From Gemmatimonadales bacterium (GTDB taxonomy: Bacteria; Gemmatimonadota; Gemmatimonadetes; Gemmatimonadales; Gemmatimonadaceae), in assembly GCA_038215035.1 (NCBI GenBank), contig JBBQRH010000014.1:2312-66311 (forward strand): 64,000 bases of DNA. The letters are read 5' to 3'. The position numbers and the translations under genes were made by a program. Below the pieces are notes generated by a model that had not been told where the DNA came from, ran no database searches, and saw nothing but the letters and a program-made list of their open reading frames with translations. Positions within the stretch are counted from its first letter, which is position 1. Each line of letters opens with the position of its first letter. Of this stretch, positions 1 through 11,300 are shown in pieces.

Positions 1-3000
1 TTTCGCGTCGCGATCTTCCAGCTCAGCGATACGCACCATCGCTGGGTGTGGACCTTCCCGCACATTCTGCTGGACGGCGGCTCGTTTGCCGCGATCGTGC
101 AGGATCTGTATGCCGCGTATGACGCTCGACGCGCCGGCGGTGTCGCCAGTCTTGCGGCGCGACCGTCGTACGCTGACTTCATCACCTGGCTGACACCCGA
201 ACTCGAGAAGCGACGGGAAGCGGCGAGAACGTTCTTTGCCGACCGTCTTCGCGGTTTCGAGTCGCGAAACCTCATTCTCAACCGGTCGACGGTCGAACCC
301 GCGCACGAACCGGCCGACCGACAGCTGGTCGACGTGTCGACCACGCTGACGCCGGGAACGACAGCGGCGTTGCAAGCGATGGCCTCTGAGGTCGGCGTGA
401 CCATGAACACACTGGTTCAGGCCGCGTGGAGCCTGATCGTCTCCGATTTCTCCGGCGGTGACAGTGATGTCGTCATCGGCGTGGTACGCCGCGGTCGCAG
501 TGCGACGATCCCCGATGCCGACGCGGTGCTCGGCATGTTCATCAACACGCTTCCGCTGCGTGTCCACATCGATCCGGCGCAGCCGCTCAGCGGCCTGCTG
601 CAGGGTATCCGCGCCGACCAGGTGGCGCTGCGACCTTATGAACAAACCGCGTTGCTCGATGTGCAGTCGGTGGCGGAAATCCCGAAGGGCGAGTCGCTCT
701 TCGACTCGATCATCGTCTTTAACGACGTGGAGTTCAGCGCACGCCTTCCGCAGGATGGCGCCTGGAGCGCGCGTCGATACGAGTGGATCGAGCAGACGAA
801 TTATCCACTGACGCTGTACGCATACGATGGACCGGCGCTCGAGTTGAAGCTGAGCACCTACCCTGCCCTCGTCGATCACAGCATCGCCAGCGCGATGATC
901 GCACGGCTCGCGTCCACGCTCGGGGCGTTCGCCACACAGCGTGACGCGACGGTGGGCGGTCTTGACCGCATTCCCGCCGCCGAACAGGCGCAGCTGGCAA
1001 GCTGGAACGCCACCGACGCACCAGTGCCGTCGACGCTCGTGCACCAGTTCTTCGAGGAACAGGTGCGTCAACGCCCGAACGAGATTGCGCTGGTCCACCG
1101 CAACGAAGAGATCACCTACGCGGCACTGAACGCGAGGGCGAACTTCGTTGCCGAACAGTTGCAGCAGCGCGGCGTCGGGCCTGATGTGCTGGTTGGAATC
1201 TACATGGAGCGCGGCATCGACCTGCTGGTCGCGTTGCTCGCGACCCTCAAGGCCGGCGGCGCCTACGTTCCACTCGACCCGGGTTATCCCGAAGCGCGGA
1301 TCACGATGATGCTCGAGGACTGCATTCCGCGTGTGATCCTGACGCAGGAATCGCTGGCGGAGCGCCTTCCCCACCCGAGGCCGGAGACGCTCTCGCTGGA
1401 CGCGCCGGCGCTGCGAGCCGGTGCGCGTGACGCGAACGTCACCTGCTCCGCTACGCCGTCGAGCCTCGCCTACATGATCTTCACCTCCGGCTCCACCGGC
1501 AGGCCGAAGGGCGTCATGATCGAGCACCGGAACGTGGCGAACTTCTTCGTCGGTATGGATGAACGCCTCGGCACGGCGCCCGGGGTCTGGCTCGCCGTGA
1601 CCAGCATCTCGTTCGACATCTCCGTCCTCGAGTTGTTCTGGACCCTTGGCCGCGGCTTCAAGGTCGTGATTCAGGATGAGTCGAGCAAGGCATCGGTGAA
1701 TCGACGCACGGCCGCACGCAACACGCAGCCACTCGAGTTCAGTCTCTTCTACTTTGCGGCCGATGCCGGCAAGACCGGCACCGGCCGCTATCGACTCCTG
1801 CTCGACGGCGCTCGCTACGCCGACACTCACGGATTCAAGGCCATCTGGACGCCGGAGCGGCATTTTCACGCCTTCGGTGGATTGTACCCGAACCCCTCCG
1901 TCACCAGCGCGGCCATCGCCGCAATCACCACCAACGTGCAGATCCGCGCCGGCAGCGTGGTGCTGCCATTGCACGACCCGATCCGCGTGGCCGAGGAGTG
2001 GTCGGTTGTTGACAATCTCTCGAATGGCCGCGTCGGTCTTTCCTTTGCCTCCGGCTGGCACGCCAACGATTTCGCGCTCGCACCACAGAATTATGAGACG
2101 CGGAAAGAGTTCATGTACAAGGGCATGGACACGATCAAGCGGCTCTGGCGTGGCGAGTCCATCACCGTGAAGAACGGGAATGGACAGGAGATTCAGGTGA
2201 GTATCCTGCCCCGCCCAGTGCAGGCGGAGCCGCAATTCTGGGTCTCGGCGGCGGGCAGCACGGCAACGTTTGAATCCGCCGGCGCGATGGGCGCCAACAT
2301 GCTCACCAACATGCTCGGCCAGAGCATCGCAGATCTCAAGGAGCGCATCGCCGCCTATCGTGCGGCCCGCCAGAAGGCTGGGCACGCCGGCAACGGTCAC
2401 GTCTCGCTCATGATGCACACCTTCGTTGGTGACGACATCGACACGGTGAAGAACCTCGTGCGTGGCCCGTTCATGAGCTACCTCCGTACCTCGACCGATC
2501 TGGTGAAGCAGGCGCGGTGGGAATTCCCCGCATTTGCGCGCAAAGGTGTCGAGGCACCGCGCGCGGACCAGTCAGGCATGGATGACCTGTCAGCGGAGGA
2601 CGAGAACGCTCTGATGGCGATGGCGTTCGAACGGTACTTCAAGACGCACGGACTCTTCGGAACGCCGGAGAGCTGCGCCGAGATGATCGACACGCTGAAG
2701 GACATTGGCGTGGACGAGGTGGCCTGTCTGGTGGACTTCGGCGTCGATGAAGACATGGTGCTCTCGAGTCTCGAGGGCCTCAACCGACTGCGTGAACTCA
2801 GCAATGCATCCGCTCCGGCGTCCAGCGTTGACGATTTCCCCATCAGCGCGCAGCTGCAGAAGCACGCGGTGACCCATCTGCAATGCACGCCGTCGCTGGC
2901 TCAGGTACTCCTGCTCGACACCGACAACAGCGCCGCATTCGCTGGCCTACGCTGCCTGATGCTCGGCGGTGAGGCGTTGCCCGATGTCCTCGCGGAACGA

Positions 3001-5265
3001 TTCCTCGCGATGATGCCCGCGGGACGGTTGCTCAACATGTACGGCCCAACGGAAACCACGGTCTGGTCGACGACGGCGCAGATCCGCCGCGGAACACCTG
3101 TCAGCATCGGCAGCCCAATCGCCAACACTCAGGTCGTCCTCCTCGACCGTCTCGACCGGCTCAGTCCTCCAGGAGCTTTGGGCGAACTCTGCATCGGCGG
3201 CGCGGGAGTCGTGCGCGGCTACCATGAGCGGCCCGAACTCACCGCCGAACGCTTCGTCACCCGAACGATTGATCGCAGTGGCAAGCCGACGCGGCTCTAT
3301 CGCACAGGTGATCTGGCGCGCTGGCAATCGAATGGTACGCTCACCTTCGCCGGACGACTCGACCACCAGCTGAAGGTGCGCGGCTATCGCATCGAACTCG
3401 GTGAAATCGAGAATGCCCTGCTGGCGCACCCTGACATCGATCAGGCCGTGGTCGTGCCGCGTGAAGACACGCCCGGTGACAAGCGACTGATCGGTTACGT
3501 CTCGACGCGTCGTGGCAGCGCACCAGGCGCCGGCACCGAGCGGACCGAGTATTGGCGCGATATCTGGGGGCAAGCCTACGCCGAAGGCAACGAGCAAGTC
3601 GAAGACGTCGCCTTCAACGTGTCCGGCTGGTCGTCCAGCGTCACCGGCGGCAAGCTGCCCGAAGCCGAGATGAAAGAGTGGGTCGACCACACCGTCGGGC
3701 GCATTCGTGAGCTCAAGCCAAAGCGGATTCTGTCGATTGGGTGCGGGACCGGACTGCTGCTCTTCCGCCTCGCACCCGATTGCGAGGCGTACACGGGCGT
3801 CGACTACGCCGCACCGGCACTCGCCAACATCCGCCGCGGCCTTCAGGAGAAGTCGCTCACGAATGTCTCGCTCGTCGAGAGTCCGGCGCACGACCTCAGC
3901 GCCATCCCCGACGCTGGTTTCGACGTCGTCGTGATCAACTCCGTCATCCAGTACTTCCCCACCGCCGAATATCTGCGGCAGGTGCTGCGACAGGCACTCG
4001 CGAAACTCGCACCTGGCGGGGCCCTCTTCATCGGAGACGTACGCAGCCTGGCCCTGCTCAACGCATTCCATACCGCCGTCATCCTCGCCCGCACTGAGCC
4101 GACAGCGTCGCTCGATGCCGTGGCGGCGGCGGTCGACAAGCGGCTGGCGCGCGAAAGCGAACTGGTGATCGATCCGCAGTTTTTTGAGGACTTCGCCTCG
4201 GGCGAGCCGATGGTGGATGGCATCAGCGTGGAGCTGAAGCACACCACGGCCACCAACGAAATGTCTTGCTTCCGATACGATGTGGTGTTGCGGAAGTCGT
4301 CGCCGTCGCATCGCGGCGTCCGCCCGACCCCGCTCAGCCTTCGGTCGATCGATGCGTCCGGCCTCACCACCCTGTCGGCAGTGCGCGACGCAGTCCAGGC
4401 GGCGCCGTCGGGCATCCGCTTGAAGGGACTGAAGAACGCACGCGTCGTGCGCGAAGTCCGTGCGACCGAGTTGCTGCAGAAGCCATCGGATGCCGCACGC
4501 CGCACGTTCGCGGATCTTCAGGCCACGCTTGCCTCGGAATCCGGGTTCGATCCAGCCGAGGTGTACGCGCTCGACGCACGCTTCGAGGTGAAGCTGAAGC
4601 CGACGCCGGGTGCGCCAGATTGCTTCGACGCGATTTTCGCACCTCGAGGCGATGGCTGGGACCAGCGACCAGTCGTCCATAGCGCGATTGTCGTGACTCC
4701 TGAGTCGGATCGCGTCGTGATTCGCGAGCCGCGCGCGCAGAGCGCCGCCACGGAACTGGCCGGTCAGCTCACCGTCCGTCTCGCCGCGTCACTGCCGGAC
4801 TACATGGTGCCGGATGAAATCGTGGTACTCGACACGATGCCATTGACCCCGAACGGCAAGATCGATCGTAAAGCTTTGCCGGCACCCGTCCTGTCGCGCG
4901 GTGCAGCAGTGTCACGCGTTGCCTTTGCCCCACCGAGCAACGAACTCGAGCGGCAGATCTCGACCGTCTGGCAGGAGCTGCTTGGCCACGCGCAACTTGG
5001 CACCAGCGACAATTTCTTCGACCTCGGCGCGAACTCGCTCCTGATGATGCAGGCGAACAGCAAACTCCGCGCGGTACTCGGCGTGCCGCTCTCGCTCGTG
5101 CAGATGTTCGAACATCCGACCATCGCCTCGTTGGCCAAGTATCTCGAATCGATGGCGCATGGTGACGACGCCAGCGCTGCGACGGCCGCCGGTCAGGATC
5201 GGGCACAGGCGAGACGCGATGCACTCACACAGCGGCGTGCACCGCGGGCGTCCACGACCCGCTGA
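1..5265 (+). CDS. Nonribosomal peptide synthetase, terminal module C-A(monooxygenase, methyltransferase)-PCP; 5' end cut by the window
   Basis: Frame 1 is open from nt 1; the listed start at 46 is an internal GTG. C-domain motif FPHILLDGGS. A-domain cores LKAGGAYVPLDP, LAYMIFTSGSTGRPKGV, FDISVLE, NMYGPTETT, GELCIGGAGVVRGY, YRTGDLARW, GRLDHQLKVRGYRIELGEIE, LPDYMVP, NGKIDRKAL. PCP motif FFDLGANSL (Ser codon 5035-5037). No TE/R domain before the stop. Confidence 0.9.
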   Translation, partial: FRVAIFQLSDTHHRWVWTFPHILLDGGSFAAIVQDLYAAYDARRAGGVASLAARPSYADFITWLTPELEKRREAARTFFADRLRGFESRNLILNRSTVEPAHEPADRQLVDVSTTLTPGTTAALQAMASEVGVTMNTLVQAAWSLIVSDFSGGDSDVVIGVVRRGRSATIPDADAVLGMFINTLPLRVHIDPAQPLSGLLQGIRADQVALRPYEQTALLDVQSVAEIPKGESLFDSIIVFNDVEFSARLPQDGAWSARRYEWIEQTNYPLTLYAYDGPALELKLSTYPALVDHSIASAMIARLASTLGAFATQRDATVGGLDRIPAAEQAQLASWNATDAPVPSTLVHQFFEEQVRQRPNEIALVHRNEEITYAALNARANFVAEQLQQRGVGPDVLVGIYMERGIDLLVALLATLKAGGAYVPLDPGYPEARITMMLEDCIPRVILTQESLAERLPHPRPETLSLDAPALRAGARDANVTCSATPSSLAYMIFTSGSTGRPKGVMIEHRNVANFFVGMDERLGTAPGVWLAVTSISFDISVLELFWTLGRGFKVVIQDESSKASVNRRTAARNTQPLEFSLFYFAADAGKTGTGRYRLLLDGARYADTHGFKAIWTPERHFHAFGGLYPNPSVTSAAIAAITTNVQIRAGSVVLPLHDPIRVAEEWSVVDNLSNGRVGLSFASGWHANDFALAPQNYETRKEFMYKGMDTIKRLWRGESITVKNGNGQEIQVSILPRPVQAEPQFWVSAAGSTATFESAGAMGANMLTNMLGQSIADLKERIAAYRAARQKAGHAGNGHVSLMMHTFVGDDIDTVKNLVRGPFMSYLRTSTDLVKQARWEFPAFARKGVEAPRADQSGMDDLSAEDENALMAMAFERYFKTHGLFGTPESCAEMIDTLKDIGVDEVACLVDFGVDEDMVLSSLEGLNRLRELSNASAPASSVDDFPISAQLQKHAVTHLQCTPSLAQVLLLDTDNSAAFAGLRCLMLGGEALPDVLAERFLAMMPAGRLLNMYGPTETTVWSTTAQIRRGTPVSIGSPIANTQVVLLDRLDRLSPPGALGELCIGGAGVVRGYHERPELTAERFVTRTIDRSGKPTRLYRTGDLARWQSNGTLTFAGRLDHQLKVRGYRIELGEIENALLAHPDIDQAVVVPREDTPGDKRLIGYVSTRRGSAPGAGTERTEYWRDIWGQAYAEGNEQVEDVAFNVSGWSSSVTGGKLPEAEMKEWVDHTVGRIRELKPKRILSIGCGTGLLLFRLAPDCEAYTGVDYAAPALANIRRGLQEKSLTNVSLVESPAHDLSAIPDAGFDVVVINSVIQYFPTAEYLRQVLRQALAKLAPGGALFIGDVRSLALLNAFHTAVILARTEPTASLDAVAAAVDKRLARESELVIDPQFFEDFASGEPMVDGISVELKHTTATNEMSCFRYDVVLRKSSPSHRGVRPTPLSLRSIDASGLTTLSAVRDAVQAAPSGIRLKGLKNARVVREVRATELLQKPSDAARRTFADLQATLASESGFDPAEVYALDARFEVKLKPTPGAPDCFDAIFAPRGDGWDQRPVVHSAIVVTPESDRVVIREPRAQSAATELAGQLTVRLAASLPDYMVPDEIVVLDTMPLTPNGKIDRKALPAPVLSRGAAVSRVAFAPPSNELERQISTVWQELLGHAQLGTSDNFFDLGANSLLMMQANSKLRAVLGVPLSLVQMFEHPTIASLAKYLESMAHGDDASAATAAGQDRAQARRDALTQRRAPRASTTR
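1732..2790 (+). other. Luciferase-like (FMN-type) monooxygenase domain inserted between A4 and A5 of the adenylation domain (boundaries approximate)
   Basis: Block LEFSLFYFAADAG...FKAIWTPERHFHAFGGLYPNP...LSNGRVGLSFASGWHANDF...FWVSAAGSTATFESAGAMGANMLT lies between FDISVLELF (A4) and THLQCTPS/NMYGPTE (A5). The composition and motifs look like the LLM fold seen in natural-product synthetases. Confidence 0.7.
3538..4755 (+). other. Class I SAM-dependent methyltransferase domain inserted between A8 and A9 of the adenylation domain (boundaries approximate)
   Basis: NVSGWSSSVTGGKLPEAEMKEWVDHTV, SAM motif I ILSIGCGTGLLLFRLAP (3727-3777), VVINSVIQYFP, LAPGGALFIGD. Flanked by GRLDHQLKVRGYRIELGEIE (A8) and LPDYMVP (A9). 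Confidence 0.75.
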
Positions 5266-5274
5266 GGCAGCAAG

Positions 5275-5330
5275 CACGAATGAGAACGGGGGCCTGACAG
5301 GACTGTGTCAGGCCCCCGTGCTCATTCGTG
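5275..5330. terminator. Long inverted repeat between the convergent NRPS and PKS genes (candidate bidirectional terminator)
   Basis: 25-nt arms cacgaatgagaacgggggcctgaca / tgtcaggcccccgtgctcattcgtg with one mismatch and a 6-nt loop. It fills almost the whole 68-nt gap between stops at 5265 (+) and 5334 (-). No clear T tract. Confidence 0.5.
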
Positions 5331-5333
5331 ATC

Positions 5334-8300
5334 TCAGTCGCCCGCGACCGTCTCGACCTCAGTGCGCGCTCCGGCGACGGCCGTAGCCGCCGCATCGGCA
5401 GCATCGAGTGCTGCCCGCACACGTAACGCCAGGACGCGCACGTTCGGCTCGTCGCACATGGTCGTGTGATTGCCAGGACAGACGTGTACCTCGACGCCGT
5501 TCAGCAGATAGCGACCCCACCCATGCTCGCTATCCACCTTGACGCCGGACCAGAGCGACAACGCCGTTTCCTCGCGGGCACGAAACAGGGTGCCGTGCAA
5601 CGGCTGCGCATCGGGGCGATAGTTTCTTTCAGCCACCAGCCACGAACCACCGATGGCGTCGTAGCGGAACGTGTCGGGCATGACACGTCCGAGCTGCCGC
5701 GCCACACGCAGTCGCGTATGGTCGCGCGTCGACCAGTAGAGGCGTTGTGCAGTCTCAAAGAGGTACTTGGGACCAACTGAACGCAGGCGGCGCAAGTGCA
5801 GCGCCGCACGTTCCCGGGAGCTGCGCTGCGGCAAAGCCGGGCTGAACGAATCGATGAAGCCGAGGAACGCCACTGATTCGCCACTCTGCATCAGCTGTCG
5901 CGCCATCTCGAATGCGGCCACACCGCCGCCCGAGTAGCCCCCAAGGAAGTACGGTCCATGCGGCTGTTCGCGGCGCAACTCCGCCACGTAATGCGCCGCC
6001 AGCGCCTCGACGCTGTAGAGCAGCTGCTGCGGATCGTCGGCGCCCGGCGGCTGGAGACCCAGAAACGGTCGGCCGTCTCCAAGCAGCACGGCCAGCTTGC
6101 GCAGGTTGCCGAGCGTACCACCCATCCCCGCGACGCAGACGAACGGCGGACGACTGCCCTTGCTCTGCATGGTCACCAGCGACCGCCAGCGCGAGCTGCG
6201 ATCGGCCGCAGTCGCACCGGTCTCCGGCGGCGCCTCCGCGTCGGTGCCGCCGGCCGACGTGAGCACCTCGAGTGCACCGCCGCCCGCGTCGCCTGGCGTG
6301 TTCTCCACGGTGCTCAGATCAATGCCAAGCTCCTGCGCGATGATCTCGGCGCACTGGGCAATCGTGGGCGCTTCAAAGAGTGTCGACAACGGAAGATCGA
6401 CGCGGTAGTGCTTGCGAATCCGCGTGAACAGCCGTACTGCCACCAGCGACTGGCCACCAATCTCGAAGAAGTCATCGTGCACCCCGATCTCGTTCAAGCC
6501 CAGTAGCTGCTTCCAGAGTTCGCAGAGGTGCCGTTCGAGATCGTTCCGTGGTGCGACGAATGACGTGACGAGCTCGGGACGCGCGAAACCCGTACTCTCG
6601 TCGCGAACGTCGTCACCGGCGGTCGCCGAAGCCTCCTGCTTCTGCTGCAACGACGTGATCCACTTCGGCAGATCGAGGGAACTGGTCAGCACATGCCCAG
6701 ACAACCCCGACGCCATGATCCGGTCGAACGCGTCCAACCCTTCGACCGGTGCGATCGCCAGACGCAGCAGCCCGCGCAGGTTTGCCTGCGCCGCTGTCGA
6801 GGGAGCCGCGTCGTCCTGACGCGCGCGATTCAACCGCGCACCTTCGCCGAGGCGTTTCATCACGAAGCCGCGGATCTGCACCAGTGACCTGCCCTCCGAG
6901 TCGTACAGATTCACGTCGAACTTCGCCGTGTCACCGTGGCTTGCCGCAGGATCAAGCCGCACGTGACTGAACACGTCCTGCGTCAGCCCCGAGAAGAGCC
7001 GCACACGCTCATAGGTGAACGGCACATAGAAGTCCGCCGACTGATCGAAGCCGGGAATCAGCAGCTGAGCGCCTCCGGTTGCCATGTCCATCAGTGCTGG
7101 ATGCAACTTGTAGGTCGCAAGGTCAGCACGGAAATCGTCGGGCAGCCTCAGACGGACGAGCGCCTCGGAGCCGCTGGTCGCGGTCTCCATCACGTTGCCC
7201 CAGCGCGGCCCGAAGTCCATGAAGGGTTGCGCCAGGAAGCCGCCGACGCTTACTGGCGTCCCCAAGCGCGCACGGATCGCGGCCAGCGTCTCCACCGGCT
7301 CAGGCGAATCACGGGTCGTGCCGACCGTCCCAACCACACACGGGTCCTCATCCCCCTCAGGCAGAAACGCGAAGTCTCGCACATTTGCACTCCCGCGGTC
7401 CGCGGCCCCGAGGCGGAGACGCAGCACACGCGGGGCTGATCGCCCAACCATGAATGGTCCGAGGAACGTGACGTTGCGGAGTTCGACGGTCTCATCGGAA
7501 CCCACGTTCTCCAGCGCTGCACGTGCCAGTTCGAGGTAGCCCGTCCCGGGGATCAACGCATCGCCACCACGTACGACGTGCTCCGACAGCAGCCACTGTC
7601 GCGCGCGACTGAAGAGCGTGGAATACACCACCGTGCCATCGGGCTCCGTCGCGATGCGTTCGAGATCCGGATGCGGGCCAGGGTGCCCATTCAATCGCGA
7701 GGCCGGATGCACCGCGCCATCGGCGAGCATGGCCGTCATGCCAACCTCTCGCCACGCATTCCATCCGATCGAAATCGCCCGCACATCGGTCGTCAGCCGC
7801 TTCCGTTCGATGAACGCGTCAAGGAACGCATTCGCCGACGTGTAGTCCACCTGTCCCTCGAGCCCGAGCACCGAACTCACCGAGGAGAACGCGATAAAGA
7901 ACTCGAGGGGTTCAGCGCGCAGCACTGCATCCAGCACCATCGCGCCCAGAGCCTTGACGGTGATCACGGGCGTTGGTGCGGACGGCGACTTGAGCGAGAT
8001 GAGACCATCATCGATCAGGCCGGCAGAGTGAATGACGCCATGAATTGCGCCGAACTGCGCTCTGGCCATCGCGACGACGCCGCTCATCTGTTCGAGATCG
8101 GTCACATCCGCCGTCAGCGGCAGCACCTCGCCACCCGCGGCCTCGATCGCGAGCAGCTTGGTCACCTGGCGCCCGATGCGATCGCTGCCACCCTGCGATG
8201 CGATCGCTGCCCATTCGCGACGATCAGGGACGCTCGTCCTGCCGATCAACACCAACCGCGCCTTGGCGGTGCGTGCCAGATGCTCCGCCATTTCCAGGCC

Positions 8301-11300
8301 GATGCCGTTCAGGCCACCAGTAATAAGGATGGTCGCACGCGCTCGCACGATGAGGTCACCACCCACCGCTGGCTCCAGTGGGACTGACGTGAGTACGCGC
8401 ACCCACCGCGCGTTGTGGCGCAGTGCGATGGCGGAATCGGTCACTGGACGTCGGAGTTCCTGCAGCAGACGAGCTGCCTGGTTTTCGACCGAGGCGGAAC
8501 CAAGCCAGAGATCGATACAGCGACTGTGGATCTGCGGCACTTCACGCGCCGCCACCTGCGTCGGCCCCACCAGCAACGCCTTCAGCGGATCAGGCGGCAC
8601 GTCGTCATCGGCACAGCAATAGAGACCACGCGCCACCGTCGACAACACCAATGGCCGTTCCTGCTCCGCCGCGGCCTGCACGATGCAGAGCTGGCTGACG
8701 TAGAAGCTCCCCACCGCACGATTGAGCGCTACCGCCATGTCCGTCTGCTTCATCCAGTCGAAGAACCCCTTCGCCGGCGCATCGAGCCCCCAGAGATGCA
8801 CCACCTGCTCGGGCCACCGATCCTCGATCACGAGCGCCTCGAAGAGCGCCGCAAAGTCCTCGCTGGAGTCGGCACGGACGATGAACTCGGTGTCACTCAC
8901 ACGCCGGAAGCGGGCGCCGATCCGGACCGCCACGGTGCGGCCGGCGGGCCGCAGCGCAGCCAACGCATCCGCCAGACCGCCGCCATCCGCGAAGACCAGC
9001 CAGAGACCGGCAGACGCATCGGTTTCACCAGCGGACATCGCCGACCGGCGCCATAGTGGCATGGAGAACCAGTCGCGGACGTCATCATGCCGCGACATTC
9101 CGCCCACTGGCCTCGCCGCGGCGGTCTCCGTGGTCTGCGCAGGCAACCAGAACCGCTGATGCTCGAACGGATAGGTCGGCAATGGAATGCGCCGCCGCCG
9201 CGCACCGTTGTGCAATGCCGACAGCTGCACGATCCCACCGCTCTCCCAGATCTTGCCGATCGTACCAAGCAGGAAGTCGACGTCTGAGGCACTCTCACGC
9301 GGATGCCGCAATGTGGGGACGGCCACCGGAATCGGTGTCTGCGATCGCGCAAGGCTGCAGAGCGTGCGCCCGGGACCAATCTCGACCAGCACGCTACGAC
9401 CGCTCGCCAGCACGGCCTGCAGCCCATCATTGAATCGAACCGTCTGACGCAGATGCCGCACCCAATACTGCGGATCCATTGCCTCATCCGGCGTGATCCA
9501 CGCGCCGGTCAGGTTCGAAATGAACGGAATCTTCGGCGCAGCGAATCGCACCCGTGCACAGACACGGCCAAACTCCGCCAGGATCGGCTCCAGCATGACC
9601 GAGTGCGCCGCCACCGCGATGTGAATGCGCGTGCTCTCGATCTCGCGCTGCTGTAACGTCGCCTGCAGCGCGTCGATTGCGGCCACGGGCCCGGACGCCA
9701 CACACAGCCGTGGGCCGTTCACCGCGGCAATCGAGAGCGTCTGCCCAAGCAAGGGCAGCAATTCCGACTCCGACAATTCCACACTCAGCATGCCGCCGGC
9801 CGGCAGCGTCTCGAAGAGCCGCGCACGTTCGATCACCAGCGCCAGTCCATCACGCAGAGAAAAGACGCCGGCCAGACAGGCGGCAACGTACTCGCCCATG
9901 CTGTGGCCGATCATCCCGGCCGGCTGCAGACCCCACGCCGTGAGCAGCCTGACGGTGGCATACTCTGTGGCAAAAAGTGCTGGCAGCGCAAAACGTGGTG
10001 CCTCGAGTTCCGTCGTCGCGCTCACCACATCGGCCGGCGCCGGAAAGACCAGACGCCGCAACGTCCCGGCGAGCGAATCCGGCATCTCGGCCAGGCATTC
10101 GTCAAACGCCTGACGATACACCGCTTCGGTCTCGTACAGCTCGCGCCCCATCGACGCGTACTGCGCCCCGCCACCGGGGAACATGTAAACAATGCGTGCG
10201 TCATCACCCGCCGTCGCCGGCACCGTCCCCTTCTGTGGCTCGCGCAGCGCCGCAGCGACCTGTGCCGCGGTGCGACCCACCACCGTGCGCCGATACTGAA
10301 ACGCCACCCGTCCTTCGTGCAGCGTCCAGGCCGCGTCAGCCAGCGAAATGGACGGGTCCTGCTCGAGACAGTCGGCCAGTCGCGTCGCCGCGCGCTCGAG
10401 CGCCGTTCGCGTCTTGGCACTTATTGTTACCAATTGTGCCGACCGCGGCGGCGCGGCGGACGGCGCGACCGGCGGTGCCTCCTCGAGGATCAGATGCGTG
10501 TTGGTGCCACCGGCGCCGAGCGCCGTGACACCGGCGCGACGCGGCCACGCGCCGCGCGGCCACGGCGCCAGCGTCGTGTTGACGAAAAATGGGCTCGAGG
10601 CAAAATCGATCTGCGGATTCGGGGCCGTGAAGTTGACGCAGGGTGGAAACTGCTGGTGCCGGATTGCCAGCACCGTCTTGATGAACCCCGCCATGCCGGC
10701 CGCTTCACCGAGATGGCCGATGTTGGCCTTCACCGAGCCAAGTGCAATGAATCCCTTCTTCTCCGTCAGCGGCGCGTACGCCTGACTCAACGCCTCGACC
10801 TCGATCGGGTCGCCCACCGCCGTGCCGGTGCCATGTGCCTCGATCATGCCGATCGAATCCGCCGGCACGCCCGAGATTGCCAGTGCCTCCGACACCGCGC
10901 GCGCCTGCCCGTCAACGCTCGGCGCCAGATAGCCCACCTTCTGCGAACCATCATTGTTGACCGCCGTACCGCGAATCACGGCCAGAACCGTGTCGCCATC
11001 CTCGAGCGCATCCTCCAGCCGCTTCAGCACGACGCACCCGGTGCCACTGCCGAAGAGCGTTCCCTTCGAGCCGGCGTCGAACGGACGGCAGTGACCATCG
11101 GACGACAGGATCTCGCCCTGCTTGTAGACATACCCGCGGTCCTGCGGCAGCGACATCGTCGATGCGCCCGCCAGTGCCAGATCCGTCTCACGATTCAGCA
11201 GGCTCTGACACGCAATGTGGATGGCGGTCAGCGACGACGAACACGCCGTCTGCACGTTCATCGCCGGCCCCTTCAGATTCATCTGGTACGCGGCACGGGT

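Noticed and set aside
2947-4680. 577-aa ORF antisense to the NRPS gene, plus many shorter ORFs on both strands within 1-5265.
   Set aside because: It lies entirely inside a CDS with unambiguous NRPS motifs. Its translation is Arg/Ala/Gly/His-rich with no recognisable motifs, which is typical of shadow frames in GC-rich DNA.
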